A DNA stretch of 64,000 bases from Ostrea edulis (Eukaryota), in contig NC_079169.1 of assembly GCF_947568905.1 (NCBI RefSeq), positions 85,126,001 to 85,190,000 on the forward strand. Reading direction: 5' to 3'. The position numbers and the translations under genes were made by a program. The notes beneath the pieces are model-generated. The model was not told the origin of the DNA and did not search any database. It saw only the letters and a list, made by a program, of their open reading frames with translations. Positions 1 to 14,100 of this stretch are shown here, piece after piece; position 1 is the first letter of the stretch, and each line of letters starts with the position of its first letter.

Positions 1-970
1 TCAAGTCTCATATTATCTTGTGGGCCCCTGTTTTTCGATATAATGCACACACTGATTTCAATTATGTATACCGACTTAAGAAAGCCTTCCAAATCCTATC
101 GCTAAAACATTCAAGATACAATATTTTCAGATTGAAGATGTTTTGAAAACTATATGAAAGTAAAATGAAAGTGGAGTTTCAAAAGGTGACACATGATCCA
201 CACTCAGGGAAAAATTGGTGAGATTTCAGAAAAAGTTTAGGATTTGCCTACTTTTTTGTTGATAGTATATCTGTTGATCGCCAAATCATTTCAAAACTTG
301 TTACATTCAATACGCAATTTCCGAGTTGCCCAATAGTTCTTTCCCTTTGTGGAACTCTTACGCACAGTGAGACGCAAAACATACTATCGTCCACACGCGG
401 TGGGTACAAATGCTTATCGCTGCCTTTATATATTGCCTTAAGACCAATTATCAGACATCATGCAACCACCCAATCTGCAGGGAAACACAATATTATTAAG
501 TTTATTAGTATTTAATAATAAATTAGCTTAAACAAAAATCGATAATCACCATTTTTCTTTGATTAAAATATCACTCGTGCAGAGGAGGAAATAAAAAAAA
601 GTTCATATTTATTTTAATGGCCTAATTCAAACAAATATTATTCTTGATATGGTCAGTTTAATGTATACCAACGGCTGATATAAACAAAATTTACACTTTC
701 ATTACTTTTATCCGTATTGAAATGGCTAGTCTATAGTATATGTATACATTTTGTACCCACCCAAGCGTTCAACAGAACACTGAACATACCTCCATCACAG
801 AAGAGCTGATATCTCGGAAGTTGTGTATTCCAATTTATGATACGAATGAAATAAACTTAAATCAGCATCAATTTAATCAAACCAATAAATAGGAATTAAT
901 GATTTATATAATAGGTGGGGCCTTCACATATTTTAAGTGGTGAACATGCCGTCATAGGATTTGCTTATAT

Positions 971-1979
971 GGTGTCAGGTCGATCTGTCCCACGGTCGGT
1001 CCGTCCCAAGTCGATCCGTCCCTATTTGGTCCATCCCCTGATCGATTCAGCCCATTTTGCTTAGTCGATCCGGCCCCTCCAAATTTTTTTTATCAAAGAT
1101 ATAATAAATGATTAATTACTTAAGAAAAAGGGAAGTTTTTGCATATATATTGCAGTTAGTTATCAAAATTAAATAACTGTCGGAGTTAGGCATGTACAAC
1201 CCTTAGGCTTTATAATTTTTGTTTGAAGTGCGATGATCAGTGCCATTGGTTATCAAAATATGTGCTCATTAATTATTGTAAAAACATCGTTATTTAACTT
1301 TGTACAGCAATAAATGTGTGTCAATTAATCATTATGAAAACACCTTAGTGAAAACACTACTTAGAGTTTTTATAACTACATTGTTGTGCAATCTTTGATC
1401 ATTAATTGCGAGCTTACAGTAAACTAACTGTTAGATTTTTTTTAACTCCAGAAGTTCAAAGAATTGCTCAGAGCTTAGGAATATTTTTTGATTTTCCGAA
1501 ACCAAGGATATATAAGCCAATATTCAAAATGGCCCGTCATTCTGACAATGGAGTTTCCATGCCAATACTGTTACCAGGAGGTCCGACCTGGGCAGCAAAC
1601 ATTAGAGTGTGAAAGGTGCAAAAAATGGCAACATCGTACATGCAACAAAGGTTAACCATTTTATTTATATTTCGTTGCTTAATGCATGGTTGTTTCATCA
1701 TGAAGTATGTTATATGTTAGTCTGCAATCAAACCATAAATACCGGGAGAGCATATTAAATGATTGCTACCTGATGTCAAAGGCACACACAATGAAGAGGA
1801 AATACGCAGATGAATTTAACCAATTCAGTACTGTAAATAACACTTGTAAAAATAGTTCAAAAATGTGGTAATTATTTTTTCTGGGCCGGATCGACTATGG
1901 ACGTATTAACTATGGGACGGATAGTCTAGGGACGAATCGACTAAGGGACGGATTGATAATGGGACGGAACGTCTAGAAA
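971..1979. mobile_element. Non-autonomous TIR DNA transposon (Mutator-like), about 1 kb
   Basis: Left arm built of tcgatccgtccc-type repeats and right arm of their reverse complements; tagtcgatccggccc near 1062-1076 is inverted as gggccggatcgacta near 1883-1897; 10-bp direct repeat ttgcttatat at 961-970 and 1980-1989. Superfamily inferred from TSD length. Confidence 0.6.
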
Positions 1980-4830
1980 TTGCTTATATCTGTTATATAT
2001 GTCTCTGGTAAAAGGTTTGCCATCTATTCCCAACACAATCAGTTGTGCAGTTGCATTTCAAACCACTGTGTGTGCTGAAAATCACACAGATGTTGATACT
2101 TCTATAACACTATAGTAAAATAATTATCATCTCTTGGTCATCAAATGTTGATGAATACTTAGCTGAGCTCACATAAACAGCAGCACCGTCAGCATATTAA
2201 GACTTTGGCGTGGGACCAAAACAGAGTCAATTCGAAATTACCGCTATGCTATAAATATAACTTTCCTCCTTTGAGAAACAATATTGTCAATTAAGAATTG
2301 TTCCTGTGGATGTGTGTTTCAATGTGTGCAAATAATATCATGTAAAATAATGTAAAGAAACTTACTTGTCACCATAAAAGCTTGTATTTCAAACTATAGA
2401 AAACTAACGGGTACCGATCTTGTTTACGAATACCGCCATATGTATCTACGGTATTATATTCAAGATTAAATAGAATAAACATTTGCAAAACGAATAAAAT
2501 AAAATGACGTGTTCAAGTTTATGACATGAAATATTAGTCTTTAAATGTCTAAATAAAAAAAAAGCAACTACAATAAATTATTTATTTATTTGTTTTATTA
2601 TGATTTCTCTAAAATTTTTCAGTCATATTTAGATGTTGCAAAACAAATCTTAAATCTTGATAACCCTATATTTTGCAAGAGGAAACCAGACCGAATTTTC
2701 ACTGATTGTGAGGTTATGGTATGTATGTGCAAGTTGTTCTGGACAAAGTTACGATACAAAGCCTGTTAAAGTTATTGAAATCTTGTAGTCTATAATTATA
2801 CATCCAGTGTTAAACAAAGCTTTTAAAATATTGCTGTAAAAAGAAGAAAAGAAGTTTTGGCTTGGTTTGGTAAATGCATTAATCAAACTGGCTTTATATC
2901 TTCTGTGATGTTTAGACTTAACTCTCAATTCTCTGGAACATATCAGTATTGTCTGTTACATGTATATAAAGTTCATCAACACAAAACCAACATGCAACAC
3001 TGTGCCAACAGTCGGCGAGCTTGATTCCAGTGTTGTACCTTTTAATCAATGTAAATAACTTCAAAACAATGGCTTTTACAAGAAATAGAAGAAAAAAATT
3101 CTAGTTGCAGATTCACGATAAAAGGTTTGACAGCTGCTTACTACAAATTATCACCAACGAAGAAAAGATTAACACTAAACCGGTTTCTGCTCCAACAACT
3201 AAAATTGTCATGTAGTTCAATATAAAAGCTCTTTATTTTTCAGAGCGGCAATCGTGTGGAACCATTTCGATAATATTTAGTGCTGTTACCGCTACAGAAC
3301 ATTTTGAGTCCACATTTGCTAACCATTGAGACTAGTGCACCCTAACCCTGTTTCATCACAGTTAATCTGAGATGTACATGTATTCATACAGATCCTTTTA
3401 ATAAGATTTAAAAAAAAAAAAAAAAAAAAGATCTTAAAAATAATTTCTTTAAACACCAGTAGAGCACTGGTATTAAACTGATGATAGTAACGATCGTTGA
3501 AAAAACAGGGAGGATGATAGTAACGGAAATGAATGATGATAGTAACGTAAGAACTTTCATTACTATCATCCTTGCTGTTTTTTCAACTACGAATTTTCTG
3601 TTCATATGAGCCGTATAAAAGATAAAACTACACCTACATTCATATCATTCACAAATAAACAATACAAATAGATATAATAAGTAAACATGCTCTTTCCGGA
3701 ATTTTCTTCCGCCACATTTAAAATGTCTTAACTATATATGATTTCTGTCTAGAATAATAGATCACATTTCTAATTGTTTGAGTAAACGTAAAATGAAACG
3801 GTTGAATTCCGGACAAGCAGTGTAAGACTGATGTCTTATATATAGGATCTCTTATGGTTTGTGGTTTGATATGAATTATATCCAACAAGTTGTGTGTTTT
3901 CTATCCCCGAGCTTTGGTGATATCAAACCACAAACCATGGAAGATTCTTTTTATCACATGTTACACACACCCCCCCCTCCTCCCTCAGTTTTTTATTGTT
4001 TGACCTTCGAAGCCCCATAACACTCTAGCTACTTTGTTTTGATACTATTACGCAGAAAGAAAAAGTGCCAGTACACAAATAAATCATGTTGGAGAAGAGT
4101 TTTATTTAAATTGTTGAATGAAGTTAATCAAATCAGAGTATGAATTTTCACAATATTAACATTTTATATCAAGTCTGTCGTCCGAGTCGTAGATCACACA
4201 TGGTATTTTTTGGATGTTTATGATTATTTTCCATTCACAAAGTTTTGAACTCCTCCTGCCAACTTTATTGTTGTGTTTGTAACTCCACTACACTATTTTG
4301 AGTGAATTGAAACCGAGTGGTGGATCTGAATTGTTATGCTGTTGAATTTGAAAGACTTGTCAAAATATTTCTTTGTTGGATTCATTTAAACTGCTATAGT
4401 TTTTGATTGATTAGATATTTTTGTGACTAGTTTAATATCTGCATAATTTGGTTGGCATGCAGGTATGTTAATTTCACTTAATTTTTTAATCTTAAAAATG
4501 TTTGCGAGCACTGTGATTCGTTAATCTTTTGTCCCCAAGAATTCCCACTGCAGCTGTCATTCTTTTCAAGATAGACGCTAATCGATCTTTACAACAGTAA
4601 ACAAACTATGTAAAATTTACATACATTAATGACATCACACGCGGCGTAGGAAAACACAGTGTAATAATTAAAATTCATGTCCTGGGCGATATCCACTCAA
4701 TAAAGGGGTAAACATGTGATGAATATAGAATATGTTATAACTGTTATGTGCTGGTACCATTTCTGATCATGTCATGTACATTATGTTTATTTAACAATCT
4801 AAATCTTATAAAAAATAATTCTTTTTAGAA

Positions 4831-5639
4831 ATGGGGAGTTCATCTTCTAGAAACACTGAAGCTTCTAAAAGACGTTATCTCATAGGTACTTTGGACAGAA
4901 AATCTCCAGTAGAACAAAAGTTTTATGGCCTTTGTCAGCTATTGAATTTAAATGTGGTCTGTCAAAACAAGGAGACAAATGAAAACGGCAACAGAGGTAC
5001 CCTCTCCTCCCGACAAAGTGTCAGTGTGGAGTTTTGTAGTGATGGATGTAAACTCTTTAAACCTTTGTTCCTCAGTAAACCTCTGTACTTCTATGAAACA
5101 TTCGTTAGTTGGAGAGCACATTATGATGTTGAACAACTACAGATGAGGCTAATGCGGAAAAAAGAAAGCATGTGTTTGGTACCAATAGGGAGTTTCCCAT
5201 CCTTTGTCATGGATTTCAAGCTTACAATAGGTGATAAATCATGCTCACTATTTGATATTTTACAAATGTTTCTCGAGATATTTTACCAAGGAATGCCAGT
5301 TGTTTGGTTAAATTCTGTTGATCCTGAAAAAGAAAACTGGAATATAACTACGAGGAACCATAAAGTTACAGGGAAGAAACAGTGCCTTACGTCGGATTTT
5401 TATCCCCGACTCAAGAAATGGAAGCCAAGAAATTGTTACTGCATCATGGGGTTAACATGGACAGATCTTTATCCAACTGAAAACTTGAATTTTGTTCTGG
5501 GTGAAGCTTCTAAAAGACACAGATCAGGTGTTTTCAGTTTTGGAAGATTTGAACCAAAATCATATGATAAAGAAAATACTAGAGACATTGAAGAAATTGA
5601 TGTGCACATCTTATGGAAATTATTAAAGGTAAAAAATGC

Positions 5640-5697
<58 letters not shown>

Positions 5698-6064
5698 CTG
5701 AATTTTCTTTCAGAATTTATTAAAGGCAAGATTTGCACAAGTTTATCTTATTTGCCATTCTCTCTTATTTGTATAGGTATCAAGCCATGAATTAGGGCAT
5801 CTGTTTGGAATTTCACATTGTGACTTTTTCCTTTGTGGAATGAATGGCAGTTCATCAGTGGAGGAAGCCATGTCACAACCTCTCTTCTTCTGCCCGGTGT
5901 GCATTAGAAAACTCCAGCATGCTTGTAAATTTGACATTGTTCAGCGGTACAGAAGCCTCAGACAATTCTTTCATGACTTGAACAAGGCAATGCCTTGTGA
6001 AAACTTTGAGCATAATGTAGAATGGTTGGAGAGCTGTTTAACATTTTTGTTAGAGGACTCCTAA
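4831..6064 (+). CDS. AMZ2: Archaemetzincin (AMZ2-like, peptidase M54) zinc metalloprotease, about 361 aa
   Basis: Exons 4831-5628 and 5777-6064 joined by a phase-0 GT-AG intron. Exon 2 reads VSSHELGHLFGISHCDFFLCGMNGS...FCPVC (HExxHxxGxxHC...CxMNGS...CPxC archaemetzincin signature); exon 1 has GLTWTDLYP...NFVLGEAS...GVFSFGRF, typical of AMZ1/AMZ2. AMZ1 versus AMZ2 orthology is not resolved. Confidence 0.9.
5643..5693. repeat. (AT)n microsatellite in the AMZ intron
   Basis: About 25 AT units; source of the spurious IYIYIY run in the ORF track. Confidence 0.97.
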
Positions 6065-6574
6065 GAAAACATTTAAAATATTAATGTAATTTATAAAATA
6101 CCAGTGACATCATACATTGTATGTTAGATCATACATGATGTTTCTGACATTTTTTCTAAAGTTATATTTTCATCTTCTCTATATAAAGAGTTCTTGTTTG
6201 ATTTCCGAAGTAGGTTTAAATTTTATAGTGTAGTAATATTACCATACTTTGTATGTCAGCCTGGTTTCATCTTTTCTAGCCCAGTAGTTCATAAGGTAGC
6301 TCATTACACCAATAATTATACTTTTTATGACACACATCACAAGATGGCAATTCAAATGTTTTGTCAAATTATTTGTATCAGTCACTTTGTTTGTCTATCA
6401 TGGTAGTTCAGTGGATAAAGTGTCTGGTCATTGACCCACAAATCCAAGTTCAAATCCACCAGTCTTTTGTTCATATTTTTTTGAAAATCGTATTTTCTAT
6501 CCAAAATTGCATATGTTTTGCCTTTTTGGCATGTATCACATCTTTCATAATTAACCATTTCGTATTTATCTGAA

Positions 6575-6810
6575 AAAATGTTTCAAACCTAGTTTTGCAT
6601 TTTCTTAGTTATCTCCCTTTTGAAGTGAACATGACCCTTCATGTAAAGAAATTTTAATCCCCTTTACCTAGTATTGCTCTATGCCAAATTTGGTTGAAAT
6701 GGCCTAATGATTCTAGAGAAGAAGTCAAAAACGGGGGGGGGGGGGGGGGGGGACGGGTGATCAGAAGAAAAAAACAACTCGCTTGATCTTATAGCTCTGT
6801 GAGCTAAAGA
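6575..6810. mobile_element. Fragment of a Helentron-type non-autonomous element
   Basis: ccaaatttggttgaaatggcc...gaagaagtc motif, G-run/ggacgg tract and terminal agctc..gagctaaa hairpin, the same architecture as other such elements in the window. Confidence 0.4.
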
Positions 6811-6980
6811 AAGAGAGAGGGAAGAAAAAGAAAACATTCGATTAGACCAAGAAGTAAAAAAAAAATATAGCGTTATATAGATTCTTTCTTTTATTCTGTA
6901 TTGAAATAAACATTCTGATAATGCATGTCTATGATTTAAATAAATAAAACAGTCAACACTGAAACAAGGATAACAAGTAG

Positions 6981-9650
6981 TTAATTGACGTCCTTGTACT
7001 TCTGCTGCCAATACTCCACGGATTTTCCTGAATATTGCTCATCATCGTAATCTTTTGTTTTGCAAACGAGACTGATTCCCATAGAAATTCCCGCTAAAAT
7101 TCCAAGTGTGCCCCCTGAGGCGGATAATGCAAGCGACCAGCTGGGTACTCCGTCTTTTGTTTCTAATGCAAACTGCTCTGTCAGTCCAGCCTTCTTTTTC
7201 ACAAATAGTAAAATACCGACAATAATCACAGCACCTGCCAAAGAATAAATTGATCGATCAGTCATAAATACCTGGCGAACTGATGTACTTACATGAACGC
7301 ATTTCTACGTCTCCGTGAGGCTCTACAGAACAATATGTTAATCACAATATCAAGTTTTCTGGGGTTTTGTCACAGGCACATTGGGCATAAATCATGCCCC
7401 TTCCCCCTCTTTTTCTGATTTGGTATCGACACACTTATTTTTTTCTTTCTACTTAACTGTGACTGTCACAGGATGAACAGTGTATAGTTTTTTGATATTC
7501 CGTACTTGGAGTTTAAGGGGCACCATATCATTAATTCGATTGAAGAGAACAATAATCAATTAAACTGCTTCTTAATTTGAATTGTAGCGCGCATCAAAGG
7601 AATTGATATCTTCAAACAATTAAATATTCTATACCTGTTTCCAGTATGTACAGTACCATATATATTATCTCCTAACTCGCTCTACGACAGGATTCAGACA
7701 CGGGGGCATCTTATCCGCCCTGTTCTCTATCACACATATATTAATGTGTGATAGAGAACAGAGCGAATAAGATGCCCCTTTGATTCAGGTCAGGGGAAAA
7801 AAGAAGGTGAGAGGGGTTTGCGTGATCCATGTCCCTAGTCCTTGTGGGTTTTATCACGTGTTTATCGAATCGGCATTCAAATGTAATGTCATTATCTATT
7901 TTACAAGAAATAAAATGATCGCGTTTTCATGTATGTTTAGGATTAATCTCGGCTGAGATTCGGCTTGGCTGAATATTTGGACTGACGCCTTCACCGGTGA
8001 TTCGGCTCGGCTGAATATTTGGACTGACGCCTTCGCCGGTGATTCGGCTCGGCTGAATATTTGGACTGACGCCTTCGCCGGTGATTCGGCTCGGCTGAAT
8101 ATTTAGACTGACGAATCTCAGCCGAGATTGGTTCCAGGATAACCTCAAAGGTGGAGAAATGTTGTTTTGAAATGTGAAAGTCGAGGCTACAAACAACATT
8201 TCGAGATCAGCAACATACACGAAAACAAGAACTTTATTTCTATTCTACTGCGGCTCAGAAATATACAGCCGATCGTTTTCCTATATAGCTACGCATTAGG
8301 TCACTGTGACGTCATGACAGTTTCCGAAAACGGCCTACATTGTTTTTAGCTGACGAAAAAGGTGAGATGGTAGGGGTATTCTATATCTCTTTTGAAAAAA
8401 ATTCAATTGTTTAGTTTGATGTTAACGGATTACATCAACTACAGTTCAATTCAAGAAAACCTAGTCAGTGAAAGGCGAAGATAACGAACAGTGATCAATC
8501 TCATAACTCCTACAAGCAATACAAAATAGAGAGTTGGGCAAACACGAACCCCTGGATATACAAGAGGTGGGATCATGTACCAAGGAGGAGTAAGCATCCC
8601 CTGTCGACCGGTCACACCCGCAGTGTGTCCTATATCTTAATCAGGTCAACGGAGTTATCTGTAATCAAAATTAGTGTACCAAGAACGGCCTAACAATCGC
8701 TATGCAATAAGTCAACCAGCATTTGACCCAATGATAGGTTGTATTGGCAAACTAGATTGTTATAACGACCATAGGATTTGCGAAATGCTGACTTTAAACG
8801 AAACTGTTGAAACCCCCTGCACCATCAGTTTGTCAGTAGCCTGCCTCGATTTAAAAACTGGTCATACGCAGAATAAGCTCTTGCGTATCGAATCAGTTGA
8901 GTACAGTGGTTGATTTGTGCCACTTTACAATTTGTCGTCTTTTCGTTATTTCGAGGCGAAAAGACGACAAAACGATGATCAGCGACTTTTCGCCCCAAAA
9001 TATGGAAAAGACGACAGAACGAAAAGATGACGAAATCTAGTCGAAAAGACGACAAACAAAACTCGCAAATTAGCGACCTAATTTGTCGTCTTTTCGCTTG
9101 GAGTTTTGTCGTCCTTTCGCCTCGAAAAGACGACAAAAACGATGATCAGCGACTTTTCGCCTGGAAATTAGGAAAAGATGACAAAAGGCAAGGTTCCTAC
9201 AGTTCAGCAGTCGACGTGCCAACCTTCCGAGCTACTCAGCTAGGCATTGATATTTGAAATGAATGGACAAATATTGCTGATATTTATATTTTCATCCATG
9301 TTTTAAAAGATTGTCGGCCATTATGACGATGTAGAGTACTTCCTTAAAGAAAAAACAAACGCTTAGCGATATAATACTTCTCTCCCTTTGTACATGTAAA
9401 TATCATTTTCATCGAAAGTCGGTCACTATTTAAGGTAACTCCATACTCGCATTATTACCTGGTAAAAGTACAGAAAGTGTATTTATTTTCATTTATTTGA
9501 GTTAAAACTAATAAATTATCAAATAAAATATATTGGTCATCGCACTTTAGACACACACACACACACTTGTTATAATGGTATATCATTCATAACAATTTCA
9601 TGAAACTGTTTCTTTACAAAAAAATATAATTTGAAGCATATCGTTGATTA

Positions 9651-9714
<64 letters not shown>

Positions 9715-11048
9715 GTTTAACAAGAATATTCACAGCAACTTTTGGAAAAAGACTCTAACAAAAATGTGTATCATCTTGAGTGTTTTGATTGATTGATTGT
9801 AAAATTTTTAACACCCCTCTCGCGAATTTTTCACTCATATGGAGACGTCACTATTGCCGGTGAAGAGCTGCAAAATTTAGGCCTATGCTCGGCGCTTACG
9901 CCCTTTGAGCAGTGAGGGATCTTTATCGTGCCAAACCTGCTGTGACACGGGGCCTCGGTTTATGCAGTCTCATCCGAAGGGCCGCCCCATTTAGTTGCCT
10001 CTTACGACGAGCAAGGGGTACTGAGGACCTATTCTAACCCGGAGTAGTGTTTTGAATATATGGTGTTGCTTGAAGAGGAACGTATGGACCTGTTTTTCTT
10101 CACAATTTAATTTGGACTTTTAAATGTGGATGCACTACAATATAGGGCTCACGCAGCGATTGTGTCCGGTCAACAAGAGATACCCCTACGAGACACCTGA
10201 TCCCAACTCTGCTATGTCCAGGGTTCCGTGTTTGCCTTACTCTTAGTTTTGTTTTCTTTATAGGATTTATGAGATTGATTACTGTTCGTCATGTTCACTT
10301 TTTTCACGTAGCGAATATCTCTATTCTTTCAATCATTCTTTTATTGGTATCTATCTATCTACCTACAGCTAGGAAATATCAGGACGCATCAGGTAATTAG
10401 TTCAATTTATTCCTGACTCTCGTTGAGAACATACGTATTTTATAACTCCGTGAAAAACTTCACAATTTCAATTTGTAGACGCCCCTTGCAAAGAACGGCC
10501 TTCTAAATGGTATAAAACACACCAAACAGCATTCGATCTAAAGACAGGTTGTATTTGCAAATAAGATCATTATAACGACCATAGAATTTGCGAAATGATG
10601 ACTTCAAACGAGACTGTTGAAACCCCTGTAACATCAACTTATTTGTCGGTAGCTTTCCTCGATTAAAAAAATGATCATATGCAGAACATGCTCTCATGTA
10701 TCGAATCAGTTGAGGGACATATACACCATATGTAGGTGATAATGGAATATTGCTACATAAATTTAGGGAGTTGACGGTGGAGCTAAAGTCCTCCCGTTTG
10801 TCAAAAAGTTGAGTTAACAGTTTGTCGTTAACATCTATGTTCAAAATACATGCATACGCGCGCGTGTGTGTTTGGTTCCGCAGGTCATGGGCTCAACCCT
10901 GTTTAGGGTTGGAAGTGGGTATCCATATCTAGTGAATTTCTCTGTGCTTTATATATATATATATTAAAAGAAATAGAATAAACAGTACACAAAGTTAAAA
11001 TAGTTAATATTTTATACCGGACACTGATTTTTTAAAAACACAATTTGG

Positions 11049-11102
<54 letters not shown>

Positions 11103-14100
11103 CCAAATTATAAGTAAATATCCACACAAGTAATAGTATAATAAAGAAAAATTAGAACGCCGAAAATAACTCAACCGATTTCGTTTTCAATCTTCACAAG
11201 ATAACTCGAAGATTGAAAATGAAACCAGTTGAGCTATTTTTTTTTTCTTTATTAGGTAGATAGATAGATGAATGCATAGATCGATCGATAGATAGATAAA
11301 TAGATAGATCCCGTATTATAATAATTGATTTCGAGCGTTACGCCTTCTATAATATTTTGGACAAATAAAGCAAAAATCATAAATCATGTCTATACAGATT
11401 ATAATTACAAAAACATTCTCAAGAAGTAAAGAATAGTTTTCGAGTAATAACGTTAAAAGTTTGCATAATAACTCGAAGCTTTACATGCTCTATTAAAAAA
11501 AATAGTGTGTGGACAGTACGGTGTATGTCTCACGTACTCTGAAAAGTACATGCTTTTAAAATCTTAAAGAATAAAAAGATGATGACTAAATATTTACATT
11601 TCAAACTGTTTTCTCTGTGATAACCCCCCACAACTTACAAGTGGATGTACATTTCTCAGTTCATACAAAATGAAAGGTTAGTGGGCGGGGACTATGGAAG
11701 TTTTAATATCGAATGCCATTTCAATTTCTACGAGGCAGTATTTTTATATAGGCCCTATATGTCGATTTAATATTTTCATGTATATTTCAAATATGAATAA
11801 ATGGTATTACAGTCTATTTTGTCTGATATGTGAAGTGATTACCTACAAACTAGACCGCGATTCCTTAATTTTAAAAATCGTCGGAGACATGCATGCATTA
11901 ATCAAGAAAGCTTTTCATTGTTAAATAAAATATCTAAGATTGATATTGTTTTTATTAGTTTTTGCATAGTAATGCTATTTTTTTTTTTATTTATCTAATT
12001 TGGTTTTTTTGGTTTTTTTTTTTTTTTTTTGCATTATTCTGTAAAAGTTTCGCACTACTTTATGCGAAAGTTTTAAAGCATTATGCGAGAATTATAAATA
12101 TTTCTCATGCGGAAATGAGGTAAATAGGCTTTCGTTCTTATTTAACTTAAAGCATTCTTAGCTCTAAATCTGAAAATCTTATTTTGTTGTAAAATATGCT
12201 ATTATGATAGTTTTGTATGTAACTTTAAATATCATTAACAAACTTAAAATTAAACTAAGTTTAAGATGTCATTAAAATAAATATTCGGTTCTATTGAATA
12301 TAGAGCATTTATATATGGAAATTAATATTTGTTAGGGAACACGATAATGTAATTTTGCTTCATTCAAAACCTCTAAATAGGTTTTATAACACAAGTATTG
12401 ATAACAAAAGTTTACAAACCTTGTTTTTTTCTATCATTGAAATAATAAATTACAATTTTACAACAAAGATTTTCGACACCAAACTGACGTCTATTATAGC
12501 TTTAAAAAACAATGAAATTGAGGGTATATTGGTGTTATATTATGCATTATGATAAGCTTGTAGCTACAAACAACAGTAAATTTCAAAATGTTGTTATTTG
12601 GGTAAGAGTCTATCTCACCCTCCCTGCGTTCTAACGAGTCAAAGTCAATTCAATTCTTTTTTTGCCCAATAATAGCAAAACATTTCAAAATTTCCGTATT
12701 TGAAGACCTACCTCGTATAGTAAACCCTTAGTAACGTATCAACGGACATTTCGTACCTCCTCGCATAAAACCCTTGTTTGAATACAACACTCGCGTTTTC
12801 CTGCGAAAGCTTCGCATCACATACTATGCAAAACCTTCGCGTTGCTTCGAATAATTTTTTTTTTTTAAATCGCTCAGACATTGTTTGAAAAACTTTGAGT
12901 AGTGGGGACAAAGGGAAACTGAGAAATACACAACTTGAATTTCTCCACCAACAGCAATAGACAAAATTTACTTTTTAACAAACAAAGATATACAGTTTGT
13001 AGTATAAATTTACTGGCATTACTTTATAACACCATGTTTTTCAAGAGGGAACCCATATAGCTGTTAACTGTTCCTAATCTGTTCTTTTTGTTAGTTTGAC
13101 GCATTTAGGTATGTTCGGCAATAAAGGTGTTATTGTATCATTTTCCGTATAAAGATAAAATCATGTTCATTTGGTTGTTTAATTTAGCAGCGTCATCATA
13201 AACTCGATGTCAGAATAGACATTTTCTGTCTACAATCAAAGTAAATTTTTGTCACTATGGCGTTTTCAAAAATACCCCTACTTCGTCAAGGCGCTTGAAT
13301 ACTCGTTTTTCTTTTTAAAGGGCGCCATTAATGTTTGAAAATGACGTTTAAATCAAAAGGCCTTACAAATGACGTCTTGAAAACGGCATCAACAACATGT
13401 ATTAGTCTGTGATGTTGATCCGCCGCCGTACAAACACTGCCTACTGGAGCCGGTGACGTCCCCATGTGAGTGAAATATTCCTGATTGTCCTTTATATACG
13501 ATATTCCTGATTGTCCTTTATATACAAGTGAAAGGCAGATCTTTTTTCATGATATTTCCAAATATAATACAAACTTTTTTAAAATTTGTCAAGTAAAGAA
13601 AAATTTCTGTGGCTTATGTCAAACGAAGATAACACGTGGTTAACCAAGCTGGGTCATTTTTGAAATGAGAAACAATAATATACAATGTACATGTAAGAGG
13701 TAAAAAATGTAAAAGTTTCTATAAAATAATGTATACCATAGATTCTACAATGAGACGAGATGTACCAGCTATAACTCAGATGCTTATTCTACAAATGTTC
13801 ATTATATATCATAGATTCTAAAAATTAATTTTATATACAATACAATATTGTTATACATATATACTGTATTTCTGGACAGCTTTATTTGCTGTACACTCTT
13901 TGTTAACTTTTGATTGTCGCTTTTTCCCCTTAAACTTGTATGCCCGACTGGGCCCAGAATTGGATTTGTAAATAAATAAATATATTCTCGAAAGGGACGT
14001 TAAAACATAAAATCAATAAATCAAACATATTAAAAACGGCAATGGATGTTGTAGATGGTCAAGCTCTTACCTGCTCCACTTAAGATAACCACGTATAATT

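Noticed and set aside
2930-3605. Possible third claudin-like gene or pseudogene on the minus strand (hydrophobic ORF 3408-3605, short INCDETGLGCTSLN segment)
   Set aside because: No GLW motif, no phase-consistent exon chain, and the hydrophobic ORF is partly a gttactatcatc repeat; not supportable.
5629-5790. 319-aa single-exon ORF 4831-5790 as the full protease
   Set aside because: The tail is intron read-through across (AT)n; the catalytic HExxH lies in the next exon.
12708-12911. Exon-like ORF (CIVCDAKL...) ending at a GAG|gtaggt donor inside claudin copy B intron 2
   Set aside because: No convincing acceptor, phase incompatible with the host gene, and no recognisable homology.
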